A stretch of 32,000 nucleotides of DNA from Trichodesmium erythraeum IMS101 (GTDB taxonomy: Bacteria; Cyanobacteriota; Cyanobacteriia; Cyanobacteriales; Microcoleaceae), in assembly GCF_000014265.1 (NCBI RefSeq), contig NC_008312.1, positions 3,690,001 to 3,722,000 of the forward strand. The letters are read 5' to 3'. Shown here one piece after another: positions 29,148 through 32,000 of the stretch. Positions within the stretch are counted from its first letter, which is position 1. The number at the start of each line of letters is the position of its first letter. A model generated the notes under the pieces. It saw nothing but the letters and a program-made list of their open reading frames with translations. It was not told the DNA's origin and did no database searches. The translations under genes were made by a program, and so were the position numbers.

Positions 29148-29692
29148 GGTTTCTTCTTTTTATCTTTTTGAGGAGTAAATTAAAGTACTTACCCCTAATA
29201 TTGATGGTGACGAGGGAGTAAGTAGGGATGTTACATAAAACATCTCCACAAAAGCTATAAATAGGGTTTGCTGAAAAGTATTATGAGTGAGGTTATAACT
29301 CATAACTCAGTGGTTATCACTCAGGATAAATGGGAATTAATTAGGAGGTAATTGGATATATTTACACTTTAATTTTTTGGCAATTATTCTTCCAAAAAGG
29401 TTTAATTTGTAAGCTTTTATATCTAAAAAATCAGCATTTTTTTTGACCTAAAAAGCTATTAAATTTTATCTATAAATTGTTTAATATTTAATCAGCAAGC
29501 CCTAAATATAATATTTCATTAAAGTTAAAAATTAACTATTTATTACCTTCTATAAAGGGAGGAATTGAGGTTTTATATACTCAAAAATGTGAGAGCTTTA
29601 GTGATTTTAAGAAACTATTTTCAACATGTTTAAATGAATTTTTATAAGTATGAACAAAATTGAGGCGATCGCTCTGTAGGTCGAACATATTA

Positions 29693-29764
29693 TCTATTAA
29701 TCTATTAATCTATTAATCTATTAATCTATTAATTTATTAATTTATTAATTTATTAATTTATTAA
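29693..29764. repeat. 8-bp microsatellite in two pure blocks: (TCTATTAA)x5 followed by (TTTATTAA)x4
   Basis: Read directly. It lies 174 bp upstream of the ABC permease ATG, inside the 790-bp spacer that separates the ATPase and permease genes. Confidence 0.9.
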
Positions 29765-29937
29765 TTAAGACTGTACCTAACTGAGATGAAATTTACACTA
29801 AAATAAGCAGAGACAATATTCAAAAATTTACCATAGAATCAAAAACCTTATCAGAAGGTTTCATAAAAGGTTACTACTGTGGTCTAATTAAGTGAAAACT
29901 GCTATAAATAAACGTAACTAAGGAAGGAAGTAAATTA

Positions 29938-30738
29938 ATGCTAATAATAATCAGCAACATTATCGCAATTTACAGAAAAGAATTACAAGGATATTTTGCC
30001 TCACCATTAGCTTATACAATTACAGGAATATTTTGGCTATTGGGAGGATACTTTTTAGTAGCTATTTTATTAGGACCAGATGGAATTATTCAACAAATTG
30101 CTACTAGAGACCAACTAGGAATTACAGAACCGCCAGTCGATGCACCCTACGAATTTTTGAAGGCTTATCTGGGTATTATGGGTTCTCTTTCTTTATTTTT
30201 ATTGCCTATGTTATCTATGAGTTTATATGCGGAAGAAAGAAAACGAGGCACTTTAGAATTATTAGCAACTTCACCTTTAACTAACTGGACAGTGGCAACA
30301 GGAAAATTATTAGCTGTATTAACATTTTATATTTCTATGGTATTGCCATTGTTGGGTTTGGAGGCTATTGCTCTTAATGCAGCAAAGCCACCTATTTCAC
30401 CACTTTTATTATTGTCAGGACATGGGGGTTTAATATTACTAGCTGCGGCGGTATTATCATTAGGAATGTTTGTTTCTTCTTTAACAGATAGTGCTATTTT
30501 ATCTGCCATTCTGACATTTGCTTTGGTATTATTTCTCTGGGTAATTGATGTGGTAGCTAATGCTGTTAGTGGTCCTTTTGCACAGGCATTAAAACATTTA
30601 TCTATGCTGACACATTACACTAATATTATTCAGGGACTTGTAGATACTGGCAGTATAATTATGTTGTTGAGTTATGTTGTTTTGGGAGTATTTTTAACTG
30701 CTCAATCAATTGATGCTTTAAGGTTCCAACGTTCTTAA
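29938..30738 (+). CDS. ABC-2 type transporter permease (six TM helices)
   Basis: 266-aa polytopic ORF. The N-terminal IYRKELQGYFASPLAYTITGIFWLLGGYF and the EERKRGTLELLATSP block are typical of ABC-2 (NosY/GldF-like) permeases. Confidence 0.8.
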   Translation: MLIIISNIIAIYRKELQGYFASPLAYTITGIFWLLGGYFLVAILLGPDGIIQQIATRDQLGITEPPVDAPYEFLKAYLGIMGSLSLFLLPMLSMSLYAEERKRGTLELLATSPLTNWTVATGKLLAVLTFYISMVLPLLGLEAIALNAAKPPISPLLLLSGHGGLILLAAAVLSLGMFVSSLTDSAILSAILTFALVLFLWVIDVVANAVSGPFAQALKHLSMLTHYTNIIQGLVDTGSIIMLLSYVVLGVFLTAQSIDALRFQRS

Positions 30739-31286
30739 TATTCAGGAAGAATACGGAAGTTAAAGGGAAAAAATTAGAGGCAAAAAAAAGGTTCATAAGA
30801 GAGAAGTTTTTTTTATGACTATAGGGTTGAAAATTTTGCCTGCTATTACTGTATCTGAATCAGGTAAAATTCTCTATTTCCTATTCTAATTCCTATCTTT
30901 AATATACTCAGTAGGGATGTTGTATGCCAAATTTATACTATTCCTTAAAATTATGAATATATATATTTTATAGAGTAGGAAACTGCTGTATTTTTAGTTT
31001 GCTTGTTAAACTCTTTTGTATTGAAATAACTTATTGTTGTATAACTCGTTCAAAGAAAAATCCTGATAACTTCTGACTTCTGATTTTAAGTTGCTAAGGG
31101 TGTATCTTAAATGCGTATTAGCTGATTCTATGATTCATAATTAGGCAAATAAAATATAACAGTATTACTATTATTTTGATATTTATTGTTGGTTACCCTT
31201 CCGGTTTCTTTGAAGACCAAATTTATCAATTTTTTTTCATCTAATAGAAACTATTTTTTCTCCTCATTTTTTTTCATCCATTTTTT

Positions 31287-31490
31287 TTAATTATACAGAC
31301 TTGGAAGTAACTTATAGTATTCTATTTTGTTTTGTGTAAACAGTTTAGGGTCAATCTCCATCTTGTCAATTGTTTCTAATAATTTATTCAAAAAATCTGT
31401 TCCTGTTCTTTGTATCTGTAAAGTTATTCTTTTAGACTTAGGAATAATTTCAATTTTGGTAATACTTTTTCTGAGTTTAACAAATTCCAT
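31287..31490 (-). CDS. Small hypothetical ORF (67 aa); possibly the distal part of the decayed gene upstream
   Basis: Track ORF only. Its ATG lies 5 nt after the stop of the interrupted reading frame at 31496-32000. Lys/Ile-rich, with no recognisable motif. Confidence 0.25.
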   Translation of the reverse strand: MEFVKLRKSITKIEIIPKSKRITLQIQRTGTDFLNKLLETIDKMEIDPKLFTQNKIEYYKLLPSLYN

Positions 31491-31495
31491 AGTTG

Positions 31496-32000
31496 TTAAT
31501 TAGTTGATTTTTGCCAACCCCAGATTTCAGTGATGTACTCTGTCAGTTCTCGACTAATTAACTCAAGAGGAGTTTTATTGCTTAAATCTAATTTGTCTTG
31601 TTCATTTACCCATTGAATAAACTTGCCTACATATTTCTGGTAAGCACCTGTTAGATTTTCTCGCATTTTTCCCAATGTTTCACGAGTCAGTAAATATCAA
31701 ACTTGACTCTCCATAAATTCTGTTTCTACTTTTTTACTTTCCGGGTAATTATCTAATAATTGGAGCCATGTTTCTAGCCTCTCAATAAGAAAGTATTTTT
31801 CTATAATTTTATCCATAAAAATAGTTCGTTTTATATCGTCTTTGTCAAGAATATTTGAAAGTTATTGCCAACTCATCCAGGCACTAGAATTACTATCTAT
31901 AACTAACTTACTTAATATTGACGATAATTCAACTTTTTCTGGGGAATTATCTGGTTTTGCTAGAGATTTATCTGGAGAATTTTGCCGGCTAATATCTGGA
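31496..32000 (-). pseudogene. Interrupted reading frame entering from the right edge (unknown function)
   Basis: One minus-strand frame reads PDISRQNSPDKSLAKPDNSPEKVELSSILSKLVIDSNSSAWMSWQ*LSNILDKDDIKRTIFMDKIIEKYFLIERLETWLQLLDNYPESKKVETEFMESQV*YLLTRETLGKMRENLTGAYQKYVGKFIQWVNEQDKLDLSNKTPLELISRELTEYITEIWGWQKSTN*. The internal stops are at 31862-31864 and 31697-31699. Confidence 0.4.

Noticed and set aside
29693-29764. Possible CRISPR array (also considered for 15390-15445)
   Set aside because: The units are only 8 or 14 bp, are contiguous with no spacers, and there are no cas genes in the window. They are simple tandem repeats.
29221-30921. Exact 12-mer agtagggatgtt found downstream of both ABC genes (29221-29232 and 30910-30921)
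   Set aside because: Tens of exact 12-mer coincidences are expected by chance among the roughly 5e8 position pairs in a 32-kb AT-rich window. The flanking sequence does not extend the match.

Overview
This is an AT-rich (about 35% GC by eye) cyanobacterial chromosome segment. The cyanobacterial call rests on 15 copies of the HIP1 octamer GCGATCGC (about 0.1 expected by chance) and on psb28, ctpA and a type IV pilin gene. About 62% of the window is intact coding sequence. That low density, plus several decayed genes and IS630 elements, resembles gene-sparse filamentous marine cyanobacteria such as Trichodesmium. The species call is inference only.

I count about 22 apparently intact genes:
- Left end: a partial TPR/GT41 glycosyltransferase, pilA, a class I SAM methyltransferase, an AI-2E transporter and a DUF39/COG1900 homocysteine-biosynthesis-type protein.
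- Middle: two TPR/hypothetical proteins, a CoA-binding protein, an FMN alpha-hydroxy-acid oxidase, a TM2 protein, a TPR-M48 peptidase, wecB, an IS630 transposase, an RluE-like pseudouridine synthase and a DUF218 protein.
- Right end: ctpA, moaB, psb28 and an ABC-2 ATPase with its permease.

Hand translation also recovers six gene relics that are not in the ORF track:
- a duplicated methyltransferase 3' fragment
- a truncated IS630 element
- an IscB-type RRXRR/HNH nuclease relic
- a response-regulator/GGDEF gene split by an intact IS630
- an M48 peptidase whose HExxH glutamate codon is now a stop
- a decayed ORF at the right edge

I saw no tRNA, rRNA, CRISPR array, reverse transcriptase, biosynthetic cluster or defence-type operon, and I cannot support a claim of a new multi-gene system here. 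The best leads are structural:
- a 403-bp tandem duplication that doubles the pilA upstream region
- a tandem pair of about 272-bp MITE-like units joined end to end at IS630-like termini
- a long structured leader and uORF in front of the DUF39 gene
- an ABC ATPase and permease pair split by 790 bp that carries a two-block 8-bp microsatellite
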